From Botryllus schlosseri (lineage: Eukaryota), in contig CM119371.1 in NCBI GenBank assembly GCA_051294905.1, forward strand, positions 30,816,001-30,880,000: a stretch of DNA of 64,000 bases, written 5' to 3'. Positions 48,261-61,800 of this stretch are shown in pieces. Every line of letters begins with the position of its first letter. Position 1 is the first letter of the stretch. The position numbers were made by a program, and so were the translations under genes. The notes under the pieces were generated by a model, which saw nothing but the letters and a program-made list of their open reading frames with translations, searched no databases and was not told where the DNA came from.

Positions 48261-49075
48261 AAGGGTCGAACTGGGGCCCTAATTGTGTCCGGATTACGGA
48301 AATTTCGAAAATGTCCGATTTCAATTCGATTCTAATGAGATATATGTAGAGTCCGGAGCCCAATTCTTTTTGAAATGGATTTTATCAGTCTGGCCGCTTC
48401 TATCGAGACCAAAATCATTATTCAAGTCGAGGTCCCAAGGGTCGAACTGGGGCCCTAATTGTGTCCGGATTACCGAAATTTCGAAAATGTCAAATTTCAA
48501 TTCGATTCTAATGAGATATATGTAGAGTCCGGAGCGTAATTCTTTTTGAAATGGATTCTACTAGTCTGGCCGCTTCTATCGAGACCAAAATCATTATTCA
48601 AGTCGAGGTCCCAAGGGTCGAACTGGGGCCCTAATTGTGTCCGGATTACCGAAATTTCGAAAATGTCAAATTTCAATTCGATTCCAATGAGATATATGTA
48701 GAGTCCGAAGCCTAATTCGTTTTGAAATAGATTCTACTAGTTTGGCCGCTTCTATCGAGACCAAAATCATTATTCAAGTCGAGGTCCCAAGGGTCGAACT
48801 GGGGCCCTAATTGTGTCCGGATTACCGAAATTTCGAAAATGTCAAATTTCAATTCGATTCTAATGAGATATATGTAAAGTCCGGAGCGTAATTCTTTTTG
48901 AAATGGATTCTACTAGTCTGGCAGCTTCTATCGAGACCAAAATCATTATTCAAGTCGAGGTCCCAAGGGTCGAACTGGGGCCCTAATTGTGTCCGGATTA
49001 CCGAAATTTCGAAAATGTCCGATTTCAATTCGATTCTAATGAGATGTATGTAGAGTCCGGAGCCTAAATCTTTTA
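48261..49075. repeat. 176-bp tandem satellite, ~4.6 units
   Basis: AAGGGTCGAACTGGGGCCCTAATTG recurs at 48261, 48437, 48613, 48789 and 48965. Confidence 0.95.
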
Positions 49076-50647
49076 AAAAAGTGTTCTACTATTCGTCGTG
49101 ATCATATATTCGAGAAAATGATGATTCTTCGTAGCAGCCGCCGGTGTCAAATCATTCCCGCACTCTTCGAAATATATTTATACCCAAGGATTGTCGATAG
49201 ACATGGTCTGTTGAGCGTTATCACCGACACATTTCTTACGATTCAACTGCAAAATATTCAGTCAAACGGCTGTGTAGTAGGTATCTCTTCGTCTTCTTAA
49301 AATTGTTTTTTCGTCGTAATACCTGGAAATACACCCGAAAACGGTCGTTTACGTGCATTTGTCATTGAATACATCACCAAGAAACAGTATGGCAAGAGGT
49401 TCCTGAATATGCCGATGTAATTTCCAAAGCACAAAATGTAATGACACCCGAGTATATTTTCATGATTCACACAATCACCGATTTTCGCCAAAAATTCTAA
49501 TAGAATCACAGTGGTCCGCGCATCGTCTCTGAATACCAAACAGCTCGAAGTCGAGCTCGACAGACCGTGAAGTACGACTCCAGCCCTGCTCAAACTCATT
49601 CTCGAGTTGCGCTCTCTGAATACCGATTGTTACGCAATTTTGACGCAAAGTGAGTTCGAGCACTGAGTGAGGTTTCTTGAATACGGGCCCATGTAGTTCC
49701 GTGATTGGAATAGTCATCACTCATCACCATACCATTATTACGGTTGTCAAGCTGTCGGAAGATTTCACATGCATTGGGTATGCGGTATATTTGAAATAAC
49801 ATATTTTGCCTTGATGTGGACATTTCGATCCAGTAACGTCACAATAAAATAGCTATATGTCTCTATATCGTACATTATATCTCTAACAATGTGCGACCGC
49901 GATCATCGATAGCCGGGCTTCTGAAGTTCCGCGCGATAGAAAGTCATCGTCATATCATCAATCAACATTCTCGTATTCACTCCGATAGATTTCAAAGGGT
50001 GAAATGTATCATGACATTCATGAGTGTATTCAGAAAACTATTTTCCATTGATTGCACAATGCACACTTGAATTCATAGAAACGATTTCCAAGTAGGGACA
50101 TCCTGACAAACTCCTGTGTAGGTGGCAACCAGGTATCACACCATTATGACATCCACTGGAACGGTCATTGGTGACTGGCACAGGAGCATTCTAAAATTCA
50201 CTTCCTCTGGTAGTCACCTGGAGTTACATAAATTGACGTCCAATGTTGGGAATACTGAGCAAGTCCTCCGTAACTGAGTGTGGGAGGTGGGACGAGTGGG
50301 AACAATTGTGGACATACCAGTAACTCCACGGGATATCGGGTGTTTGCTGGGCAGAGAGGGGAAGGACAAGTTCTTCATGAGTCCAGAGGAACACCCCAGA
50401 TCCGTCCATCCCGCTGAGGGCAGTTTGATCACTACCCTTTACATACGATTCATAGACATACACACCGTCATAACGCAATTCACAGACGAGGTGGATTTAG
50501 TATGGGCGAACTCAGGACTTATCTGTTTATATATCTATTTTGACTTAGCGCGCACCAAACTCCCTAATTTTAATCTTGTAAAGCGTCAGTATGTAATTAT
50601 GTTTTCAAGAAAAAAAATTACTGTCATTGACTGAATTTAGTCAATAG

Positions 50648-51531
50648 CAGGGTTCTAACCAAGTCACAAGTCAATCTCACTCTTATAGTTTTGACTCGAG
50701 TCATTTTCAATTCACCACTGAGTCAAGTCTGAGTCCCAGTCAGCGAGCAGATAGCCAAGTTCGAGTCATGGTATCATGACTCGAGTCCGAGTCCAAGTCA
50801 TTGTGTTGAATGCTCAGTTTCCAGTCTTTGTTAAAACCACTTTTTATAACGATGTTTGGTGATTTCATATAGTTCGCATTTATAATACACCAATTTTCCT
50901 CACTTCTAGCAGTTTTTGCTGGTCGCATTTTCAAATAGGCCTAGATACCAGTTCTAGGGTTACCACGTACCATACGCCCTCATTTAAAATTATTTGTCCT
51001 CCTTTTTCAGATTTTTTAAAATGTCCTTCGAGGACGCCTAAATGTCCTCGTTTTTGGCAATTCGTCTCCTTTACAGCTTTTAGAGCTAGGATGATGGACA
51101 GATTCGAGTGAAAATGGGCAGAAATGACGCTAAACAGGAAATTCGTGGTTCGAACGTAAGCGACGACCTTTTTTTCGTCAACCAACGAAAAATGTGAAAG
51201 AAGAACTGTATTTCGAGAGTTGTGCCGGAAGGTTGACCTTTTTTGTTGTCAACGGACCAAAATTTCGTTGGAAATTCATCATTTTTGCCGGATTTTGCTC
51301 CAGTATTGTGAGTCGGAAAATTCTGAAAAAGTGTCCTTTCCCGATTCCAAAATATGGTAACCCTAACCAGTACCAATAGGCGAAATACCATACCAATAGT
51401 GTGGTTACTTTACTCTTCTTCGAAATTACATAGAGATTGGGTAGGTCTTGGTAGTCTGAATCTCGAGTCAATACAAAAATTGACTCGAGTCATCAGAAAA
51501 TCGTGATTCGAGTCGAGTCATTACAACCCTG
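50648..51531. mobile_element. hAT-type MITE with nested TAGGGTTACCA element (50955-51365)
   Basis: Outer TSD GTCAATAG is perfect; inner TIR TAGGGTTACCA / TGGTAACCCTA with TSD ACCAGTTC / ACCAGTAC. Confidence 0.82.
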
Positions 51532-52834
51532 GTCAATAGGCAATGATTGCCACCTGCATATGTGGTCCGATTCACCGGCCGAGGACGCTTTTCGCTACTC
51601 AAAGAATAGAGAAATCGCTCACAATTACCAGACCAAACTGAAAAAAAACTCCATTAGTGAGACGCACGCGATTCCGAATTCTTATTCTTTCACGGGGTGC
51701 CATTATTTTTTACTGTGTATTGAATTTTTACCTGTGAGCTCTGGTTGCAAGGGCAGGACTATTCGGTCCCGACACTTTCTGCGCCTGGACATATCAATAT
51801 CGAAGGCTTGGGCCAACGTGCGTCTCTTGTTTTCTCACAAGGTTTTATCGCGGTCAATCTTCCGAGAGCGCACTTCCCGAAGTCGCATGATGAAACTATG
51901 TCTTGGTGTGCTATGGCGGCGAAATGCCGGTGTCTAATAGTTCGACCCGGCAAGCTGCACTATTCTAGACTAAACCATTTCAACGACCATAAGCGTACAT
52001 ATTCATATATACCATTTACCGTTCTCCGAAAATTGCAAATACAATCAGATTCAATTCTGTAAATTATGCGTATTAGTTTTCAGGAGTATCCAATCCATAT
52101 TAAAACCAAACAAACTAGTGACCCTAAATCGTGTGAAAAAATATTTCAAATTGACTACATCTTTCCTAAAATACTCTGACCACATTTAAATTTACCAACA
52201 TTTTTTGGGGCAATGGCCTCCTGGCTACGCTTGTGGATGCTGAATATGCCACTGCGAATTAGATTGTATACTTATTGCGGATTTTGCCGCAAAATCTTAA
52301 TCCCGAGACACCGCGCGACAACTTCTTCATATAGTTGCCCGAGCTCGAGCATTAATGACTGCACGACTGAACACTTCATGCCACGATTAACATTCGCGAT
52401 GTACCCGAACAAAGAACCATTCTACGAAAAGTAGGAGTAATCAGGTTTAATACAAGATAATATATGACAGTACAAATTAGGTAAATCCCAACATTATTTC
52501 ACCACTCGAAGCTTTTCGACACGCTCTCGTCAGGAGCAATTGTCCGTAAGCGCAGTTACTCAAAATAAATGCGCATATGACGTAATCATGACAAGTATAC
52601 AGATTCTCGAACGGCGTATTGACTTCATGATATCGACTGAAAACTATATAAAAATCCTTCTCTGCCTGGATCGCGTCCAGAAGAGTCAAGAGTGCAGAAA
52701 TTACTCCATGAAATTTCGCATAGGGTTAAGAAGGTAATGACACAATCTACATTACAAACCAGTCAGATTGGAACTCCAAATATCATGTAAAAATGGAACA
52801 TTCGAATTTTTTGAAGACAGTTTATTTCATTAAA

Positions 52835-55800
52835 TCAGGTGTATTCAATAAGATAAGTCGGATAAGTACTAGCGTCTTTGAACACGACGAACATCGTAGG
52901 GTTATTGACGTCATCGACCACACTGTCGTGCAAATCGTTGTCAGATCTATCCGGCGCCGTTTTCATACCAGGACTGCCTTGCGTGTACGTGCCGGTAATG
53001 ACATTCGCAAGGAAAATGGTACGCGCTCCTCGGTTGGTGAAGTCGTGCGAATATTTCGCCGAGGTAGAAAAGTAGACGCCGTTACCAAACCTGGCACCTG
53101 TCATAAAAAGAGGTGATTGATTTGAAATCATAAAGTACGGAGAGAGATTTGTATGGTTTACCATTAAACATGAAACATTTGCAGAATGATTATATCCAGA
53201 CAACAACAAAGCCGTAAAATTGATTTATCAGCAATATTTTGGAGCAGGCACAAATGATAAATTGCTCCAGCTCCATTAAATACGTTAGCGCAGTGGTTCT
53301 CAAACTTTTTTAGATACGCCGCCCTTTATGAAGGTGGAAATGATGAAACGGGTCAGCCAGTAGTCAGTACCATTGCTTTCATCTATGAAGATCTGACTGC
53401 TCTGTTTTCAAATCCCCAGCTACGTGGTTAGTTAAAAAAGGTGGGGCCAAAGAGGAAACAATTCTTCATTTTGTGAAGGGTTGCTTGGGACACCCGCCAA
53501 TAGTAGTGGCATAGCATCTTATGAAATACATCGGGGCCAGAACTTTTTTTAACGAACGGCTCTGGTTCCTGCTCCAGCTACATTTGAATTTCACATAGAG
53601 ATCTGGCTCCAGCTCCAGCTTTGGCTCCAAAGACCTGGTTATCAGCAATGCTGGTGTAGACAGCGGACTTCATAGTCCATCATAGTCCATCCAGAAATCT
53701 AGGAATTCTCTCAAACTTTTAAACTCAGTTATTGATAAAAGGCAATATCCAAGGCACGACTAGAAGTAATTAAGTCGGTGACCAGACGTTACAGCGGAAA
53801 ACCAAGCGTAGTTTAGAATAAAATAACAGATATAGCAATAATCCATGACTCATCGACTTTGCCTAGGGGGCATTAGATGAGATGCTACAATAAATAATGC
53901 ATTGAACGGTTTTCTGCAAAATCCTATCATCATTCATCACACTTCACTATCTGGAACTGTGTTTCAATATCCGTGCAAGCTCACTTTTCAAACGATATTC
54001 AAGGGTGGTGGCTGAATAACTCCAACCCACGCTAAATGTCACCCAATCACATTTTATATCAAATTTATTTCACCCTTAACCGATATCTATGCAATGTATC
54101 CATGACCATATAATATTAAACATCAATAGACTTTAACTAGTGAATTTAACTCCTACCTAAATTTTCCCTATGCATTTTTTAATTCAGAGAAATGATGATA
54201 ATATGAACAAATAAATTTAATATGTTTCTCATTAAATGTACATGTGTATATCTCTGTTTTAAATGTTTTTATCACCATTCATTGGTCAATTAGGTATTCT
54301 GATAAAACATTGATAAAGTAAACAAATGACTGCTGTGGCCACAGCTCGCTTGTTTAGGCAGTTGTGTCGAAAACTTTTTGCGAATCGAATGTTTGAATCA
54401 ACACCCTCGAGACTATTTTCACTCACCATTTTCGCCGGCAAAACTTCTGTTGAATCCGCGTTTAACAATTTTATCTGCTTTGCCTGTGCCATGGAAAAGC
54501 TCACGTTCAATTCGGACATTTTCATCTTCTAGCTTTTCGGTGACTTCGGCTTTTTCGGCGGCATATTTTTTGTAAAGGCTTATGTTTTGAATTCTTTCGA
54601 TCTGCATACCAGAGTTATTAGATAGATGATTATCATACGCTTGATGATTAACACTCAAAGAGATATAACTGACATGTCAGCAGATAATCTGATGGAAGAC
54701 AGCCATACTGCTGAGATGGTAACACACATTAGCTATTGATGAATAGCAGAATAAATACTGTAATAAGTGAATGGTATAGTATATTCATATTGAAATGAAC
54801 TCGAATATTTTCAGCTGACACTCGTCATGGGTAAGATTTCAATTTATCCAGCAAGGCCGGCTTGATTGTATCCACCATTTTTACAAAATATCTGTCTGAC
54901 AATTTACGGGATATAAGACGTTATTTCCACGTGAGTTTGATACAGATACAATAAAAAATTAGTATGTCAATAGGATTCATGAATAGATGGATAAAATCGA
55001 GTCTGATATAAAATAGTTGTAATGCATGATAGCTATCGACTACCATAAATAAATATGTGGTTTTAAGCCGTCAGGATTTATCGATTCTCGAATATTAATT
55101 TTCATCACAATAAATTAGCATCATTCAAGCCTTTATTTTGACATGAATACTGCCTGCTTGTAAGGAACCTCTGATCGAATATCCATGTCCCGGTATAATA
55201 ATTGAAGTGTAAGAATCACATTACCATGGCAGTTTGGACAGGAAGCCCCTTTTTCTTGCAGACATTCAACACTCTCTTGTATTCTTCCGAAGTATCATTT
55301 AGCACTATTCTCCTTACATGCAAACCTTGCATCGGGTCCCAGCCGGCAGGAAGTTCATCTTAACAAGAGCAATCCCATTCACAATAGAAGTACAGCTGGA
55401 ATAGTGATCTAGTCTTGGCAAACGCAGGCACAAAAGTCACCGAATAGTTCGCCAGTGAGCGCAATTAGTAAATTCTTTCAGGCAAGCTGTACTGTGAAGT
55501 GAATAGCCTTCATCAACAGAATAAAAATTAGATATTGGAAGGTGTTTGACTCAAATCTTACACCACAGCAGCTGCAACTCGATTTGATGTGTTGCTAAAA
55601 TATTTAATTTGCTTTTATTTTGAGTACCTAAAGTAATTGTCTTTAGTTATCTCAGCAAGGTTGTATTGCTTTAATACTCATTAAGTTGCTGATCCCACCG
55701 CATTGCAATAATGGAAGATTTCTAAATTTTGGCAATATTAGTGTGCAAGTCTAGTGAAGTATGCTTCACAATGAGAATGCACACGGCGTGCCCGAATACA

Positions 55801-58800
55801 AACAACCTTTACTAGCAATGAATATAACAACGCTAATGAACATTAGATTGTATTTACTTTTTGCAATTGCCGGACTGTAACATATCATAGTTCACCATCA
55901 TGAAATCGACATTACACAAAAAATAGGTTTTTAGATTGCTGCAAAGTTTTGTCATCAGCTAATGTTTCACCGTTGTAGATTGGTGATAAGGAGGAGTTGC
56001 GAATTGATGAACTGTTTTTAAGAACTCAACAAAACATGCAATATCTATTCACAGGTAGCACATGTTTGGTCCTTCAGATCAAAGGAATTATAGCACACTA
56101 CGTGTATTGTATGTATCAAAAGTGAAATTTGTTAATGCTATTACCGGTATCTAATATTTGTTATTCACCGGCTCACCGCATATAATTGGATAGCATTTTG
56201 GGCCGATTGTAGACAGGGTTTTCTTTATGTGACTATACAGCGTAGGATTCATTGCGACAAAAACATGACAGGGTAAATTTTTGTCACAAAATTACAGTAT
56301 CTTTTATTTAGGATCTTACAATTTTCTGTTTGCCTTCTTCTGATCGTGGAGTTTTTCTTATCCAGAGTCGAGAGGTCGTATGATTTTGAAACAATTTGTC
56401 CGTTTTCAACCACTTTGATCTGCACTGGACCAGGATGGTGTTTATTTTTCTAAATGAAAGAAAATTTATATGGCAACTAGGACCTAGAAGGACTTCAAAG
56501 TACTGAAGCATTCGAAGTTATTGAAGTATGTTGGTACCAGTGATAGCCTGACAGGGGATGCAAGTGAGGCCGAATCTTACCTCTCGCAAGGATGAGTAAA
56601 AGGAAAATGATAAAACTTTTAGTGCTTACAATACCAATTGATATTTTCAGTCAATGTTCAAGTTCCCCAATGAATAAATTTCGAACATTTTTACACCAAA
56701 ATACACAGCATTTGCATATTTATTGTTCTGCTCTGCCTTTGCAGAGAAGGCACAGATGGGCCCATCAACACCTGTGATAGCGCAATTCATCTCAACAGCT
56801 CAGAATTTATTTAACCTTATTATTCGAATGCTATTGTCGCACTGATCCTGAAAATCTAGGCATTAATAATGTCAGAACAGAACCTCATTAGAACTACTGA
56901 ATCAGTTACCATTTTGGGTTTATGTATCTTCAAGTCAGACTCTTCCCGACCCACTTGAAAATACCAAATCACAAAGGCGAAGCATGGTAACTATTATATA
57001 CTGAATTACGTCCAATTCTAACCTAGACTGCATATTGCAGTACAAAGTGCCCCTAACTGTAGAGAAAATATGGAAGATAGTGCTAAACTGATGCAACAAA
57101 TCGATCTCAAATGCACTTTCAAAACTACACCTCTTCAAATCAGTTGACAAATACATTTTCTATGGAAAGTTGATGTGAGCTGTGCGCTACTCACCATTTT
57201 TACTTCTACTTGAAGCAAATTGGAGTAGCCTTTGACAGCACTATTCGAGTTTAGTGAAACTTCTCATTAAAATACAGAAGGTGATAAACGAATGAAGGTA
57301 CTACCTGGTAAGCCTTCTCCAGTAAGTGGGCTGGCCGTGGTGGAAATTCATACCACTTTTGTTCGATTTCAGTTTCCCATGTTACAAATTCAACGCAAGT
57401 CTGGGCCACGACAAGTTCACGTAATATCTTTCTGCTGTAGTCACTGAACACTTTTACATCATTTTCCAATCCAGTGACAAGAAGACCAGTTGAACTGTTC
57501 ACAGGAAAATTGATAAACCAAGAAGCTTAGGTTGTTTAAATATGAGTCACAGACACTGACTATGAAAAGTATTGAAGTAGTCGAAGGCCAATAATAAGTC
57601 GTCAAAATTGTTAGTTAGGGATTTTTGAAGTGAAAACACTATCGAGACCAGGGGCTGTCAGTTCTTAGTTGATTATTCAAATTCAGTACCACTCCTAACT
57701 AGGGCTGGGCAAAATCGAGTACCTGAGTGATTCGATTCTGAATCACGTAAAATGCTTCGAGTCGAGTCGAGTATTCGAGTATCACTCATTATGACGTCAG
57801 AACAGAATGTTCTATGTCAAAGTTCAAATATGTACCTTTTATGCCACCACGAAGAACATAATGCCTGTTACCCGTCACATTAATGATACTTCTGTATGTT
57901 TTCGACCATACCGACTTCATTGCACTTCTTGACAATGTTGTGGAACGATCATGACTTCGGAAATGTGTTATTTCCAGTAACGTTCGTAGCTTTGTACTAT
58001 GTCTATCATGCTACGACACGGCCAATCAAGGTTTCAAGGCTTCCTCAGTGGAAAATATTATCAAAACTAAAATTCTCGTTAGTTCATTAACTTTCAGTTG
58101 CGAGGAGCGTACAATTTCAGTACTCGAGAAAATCGTCTTTTACTACTCGACTCGAATCATTAAAATTAATACTCGATTCAGATTCGAGTACTCGAATCAT
58201 TGTGCCCAGCCCTACTCCTAACATTGAGTATTAAACAATTTAATTTTGTTGTTTCATACAAGCATTGGGAAAATTATGACACACAGGTGATTGTACCAAA
58301 TATAAATTTGCACATACAGCAACAGAGAAATATTCGGAGGTGGTGCATGTATCAAATGAAAGGTTAAAAAAGTTATTAAAATTTATAAAGGTGCATAGAA
58401 CAATAACTCTGATATTTGTCAATAGCCTAGTGGAGCTTTCAATAGGGAATATTACAAACGAAACCATATCGTTGCAGTGGTTTCAAAGTAGCTTATGTCC
58501 AGTTTTTAAATTTTGGAGGTCCATTTTTAAAACTTGAAAAAATCAAGTTTTCGAAAATTTTTCTATTTTTTCAGGCCATATCTTGCCAATGGTTATGTCT
58601 GACTCATTAATTCAAAGGTAATCAGGGTCAGTATGTGGCTGAAAGAGGATCAAAACTTCACGTAAAGTCAATTTTCTCAAAATGTGTAAAATGAACATAA
58701 GTCACTCTGATACCACTGCGACGATATACGGATGGGTAATGGTGCTACAAGCAATTATGATTTCCAAACCTTGGCTGTAGAATCTGAGAAAACGGTGGAC

Positions 58801-61800
58801 CAAATGTTTGAATGAGTAATGTGAATACAGAAGTTCTATTGGAATAATTGTAAAGAAGAAAGAGTAGATTGTTCCTGATCCTTCAGCAAATTCAATTGGC
58901 CTACTTCTAAAACCAGAATTGAGATGATATTACGTGTGTAATAGATGATGCGGTAAAGATATTGCAAATCGGGGAGCCCTCACTTCCTTGATATGCAATA
59001 ATATGTTACTGGAACAATAAGCCTTGTTACTAACTTACAGGTTGATTCAAGGAACTTTAAATGAAAGAGAAATACCATGAGCAACTATGGAGAACTGATT
59101 GTTATTGTAATGTTTTGCACACGTCCCACGTCAAATTAGGAACTCGCAGGGTGATGACATGTCTGCTTCATCATCACAGTCCCTAGTTACCATGCGTGAT
59201 TATGACCAAGTAACAGCATGTAATTCTGCCATCGGACAGCTCCTATTGAAACACCCAGAGTGTGCAAAACATGACGTTCTCTTTTTCATTTAAAGGTCCT
59301 TGAACCAACCATTATAAAGCTGTAAAAGCCGATCCTCTGTCGCCAGAAGGAACATCTCTACACGCTGGGAATCTTCCATTAGTGTTGTTTTGTCATTCGT
59401 CTGTTTTACAGCTGATTTTGTGTGTGCTGCACCGTAACCGTGCGCTGTTTACTGCCGTTCGCGACTATGTGTACTTATCATTATTGCGTCACAACGATAA
59501 TATTCTTTCTATATTTCGAACTTGGTTAACCTCATTTACTGGCGTTCACTGCTGAAGAAAGCTGGTCGAATAGCTTCCAGTGGAATAAATATGACAATAT
59601 GAACGTATTGTTTGCTGCAATATTGAAGTTCTGTACTTCGAATAGCCTAATCCTACGTATGTTGCCATTTTGAATATTAAATTCCAGAAAAGTATCTAAA
59701 TTTCAGGTAAATACATGGATTCAAATCTCTAATATTAAATTGAATCAAACTTTCATGTATTGTTACTTGATGGAAAGTCTCTGTATCGATACATTTTTTT
59801 CTTCTGCCTTTTCCTGAAATTCGAGCATCTCAAGATCTGTCACAGTATCAAGAGCGCTATCTTCTATTTGCTCCTTACAGAGAATTTCTGTCGTCTTTTC
59901 ATCGATGCATTCCAGCGCCTGCAGTATCATATGAACCGGAAATTAAATGATAAAACGCTACATATTAAGAATAGCAAGAAACTAATGCACTTCATATCAC
60001 AGTAGAAGGTACTGAATCAAACATAGCATTCAATTAGTTGTTTCAAAATGACTGTAAGCATTGTAGCGTAGCGGGGTCTGAAACATTACAGGATATAATC
60101 CGACAATTCTCCCTTTATTCTTGATAATTTGCAAACATCATCGCACAACATGACTGCAGATCGTGAGCCATATGCAGCACTGTGAGCCTTTGACTACGGC
60201 TCTTTCGTGATTTCACAGATGCTCATTAGGGCTGTTCAAAAAGAACTTTTTTTCCCGGATTCCAGCCATTCACTGATTAAATTGTCAGGTTACCCTAAAA
60301 AACGCTGCACACCAAATTTGGTCCAATTCTAACATGTATAGGACTCCTCAGATACAATTAAAAATCTTAATTTATTACAGAAAATTAAAAACAAAATTTC
60401 AAATTTTTCTGCCAACCCCATGAAAATGTTGAGCTGTCTTCAAAGACGATGCAAAACAAATTTGACTCAATTCCAACCAGTAGAAGCGGAGTTATTCCAG
60501 TTTTTCATTATAATATAACTCGGATTATTCCTTGATACTAGCAATAACTGAAAAATGTAGCCAAAAAAGTGTGGAGCAATATCTACAAAAAGAACACGTC
60601 AACGCGAAAATAGAATTTTAAGAACAGAATAATAGGAAGAGCTTGCATTCACTGATATTATTATTATTATTACCATGGTAAAGCTGTGTGTGGTAGTGAC
60701 AGGCTTTGCTCAATCAATCATTACAAAACTAGTAACTTGAAATGTCAACAAGCTAAACACAAACACATTCCCACCAGTGTTGGGATCAAGTCACTACCTT
60801 CGAGTCACGAGTCATTGCAGATTTTGACTCGAGTCAAGTCAAGTCAATCGATTTTCAAAGGTGACTCGCGTCAAGTCAAGTCACTCGTTTTTTGGAGGTG
60901 ACTCGAGTCAAGTCGAGTCAAGTCAAGTCAAGTCAAGTCACGATTCAAGTCAAATTAAATTTCCGAAGTATGAATGAAGATTCAAAGTCGTTACATGTTT
61001 CTAACTGTGTGAAAGACAGATTAATTAATCATTTATCTTGAATCAAATAACTAATATCTAGTTAAATATACATACAAAAGACGTTGTATCCATCACGAAC
61101 ACGTAGAACTGCTAATAACCGACGTGCGTAACATTGCAGCTGGTACAGTCAGTTATTATCAGCAAAAATATAGGTTGTAATACGAAGCTTCGAGAAGTTG
61201 AAACAAATTGATATTGCAAAATAGCCTACACTAAACATCTACACATCCATGAGAATATAAACGGACAAACTATATTTGTTCGATTTAAATCATACACGAT
61301 GGTTGGTAAAGGTGAGCACTGCGTAACGTAAGCATTGAGCGCCATCTAAGAAACAGAGACACATTGCTGTTTAGATTGATCTTCTACTACTACTACTACG
61401 ACAACGTAAGCTGTGACTGTTTAGTTTGTGGTCAATTTATTTGTGATCTAACAATCAAGGATCCATGTATCGTACAATCAAGGATCCGTGTATCGTACAA
61501 TCAATGAATGACTGGTTGCTCTCACAAGTGACACCGGCGTATCTCGAACAATACGAATAGTGATTTATTCGACACCGTTTAGGCTACTTGATGACTCGTA
61601 AATTTTGCTCCGAGTCACGAGTCAATGCACATTTTCGAAGCTCCGAGTCAAGTCAAGTCAAGTCATTTTTCCAAAGTGACTCGAATCTAGTCAAGTCATA
61701 AGAAAAATTTGACTCGAGTCTTACTCGAGTCAAGTCATGTCTCGAGTCATCCCAACACTGCTTCCCACCAATTACCCATCCCAGTCGGAGTAACCTAGGA

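Noticed and set aside
49118..50634. Cluster of short overlapping ORFs
   Set aside because: No recognisable motifs or consistent splice structure.
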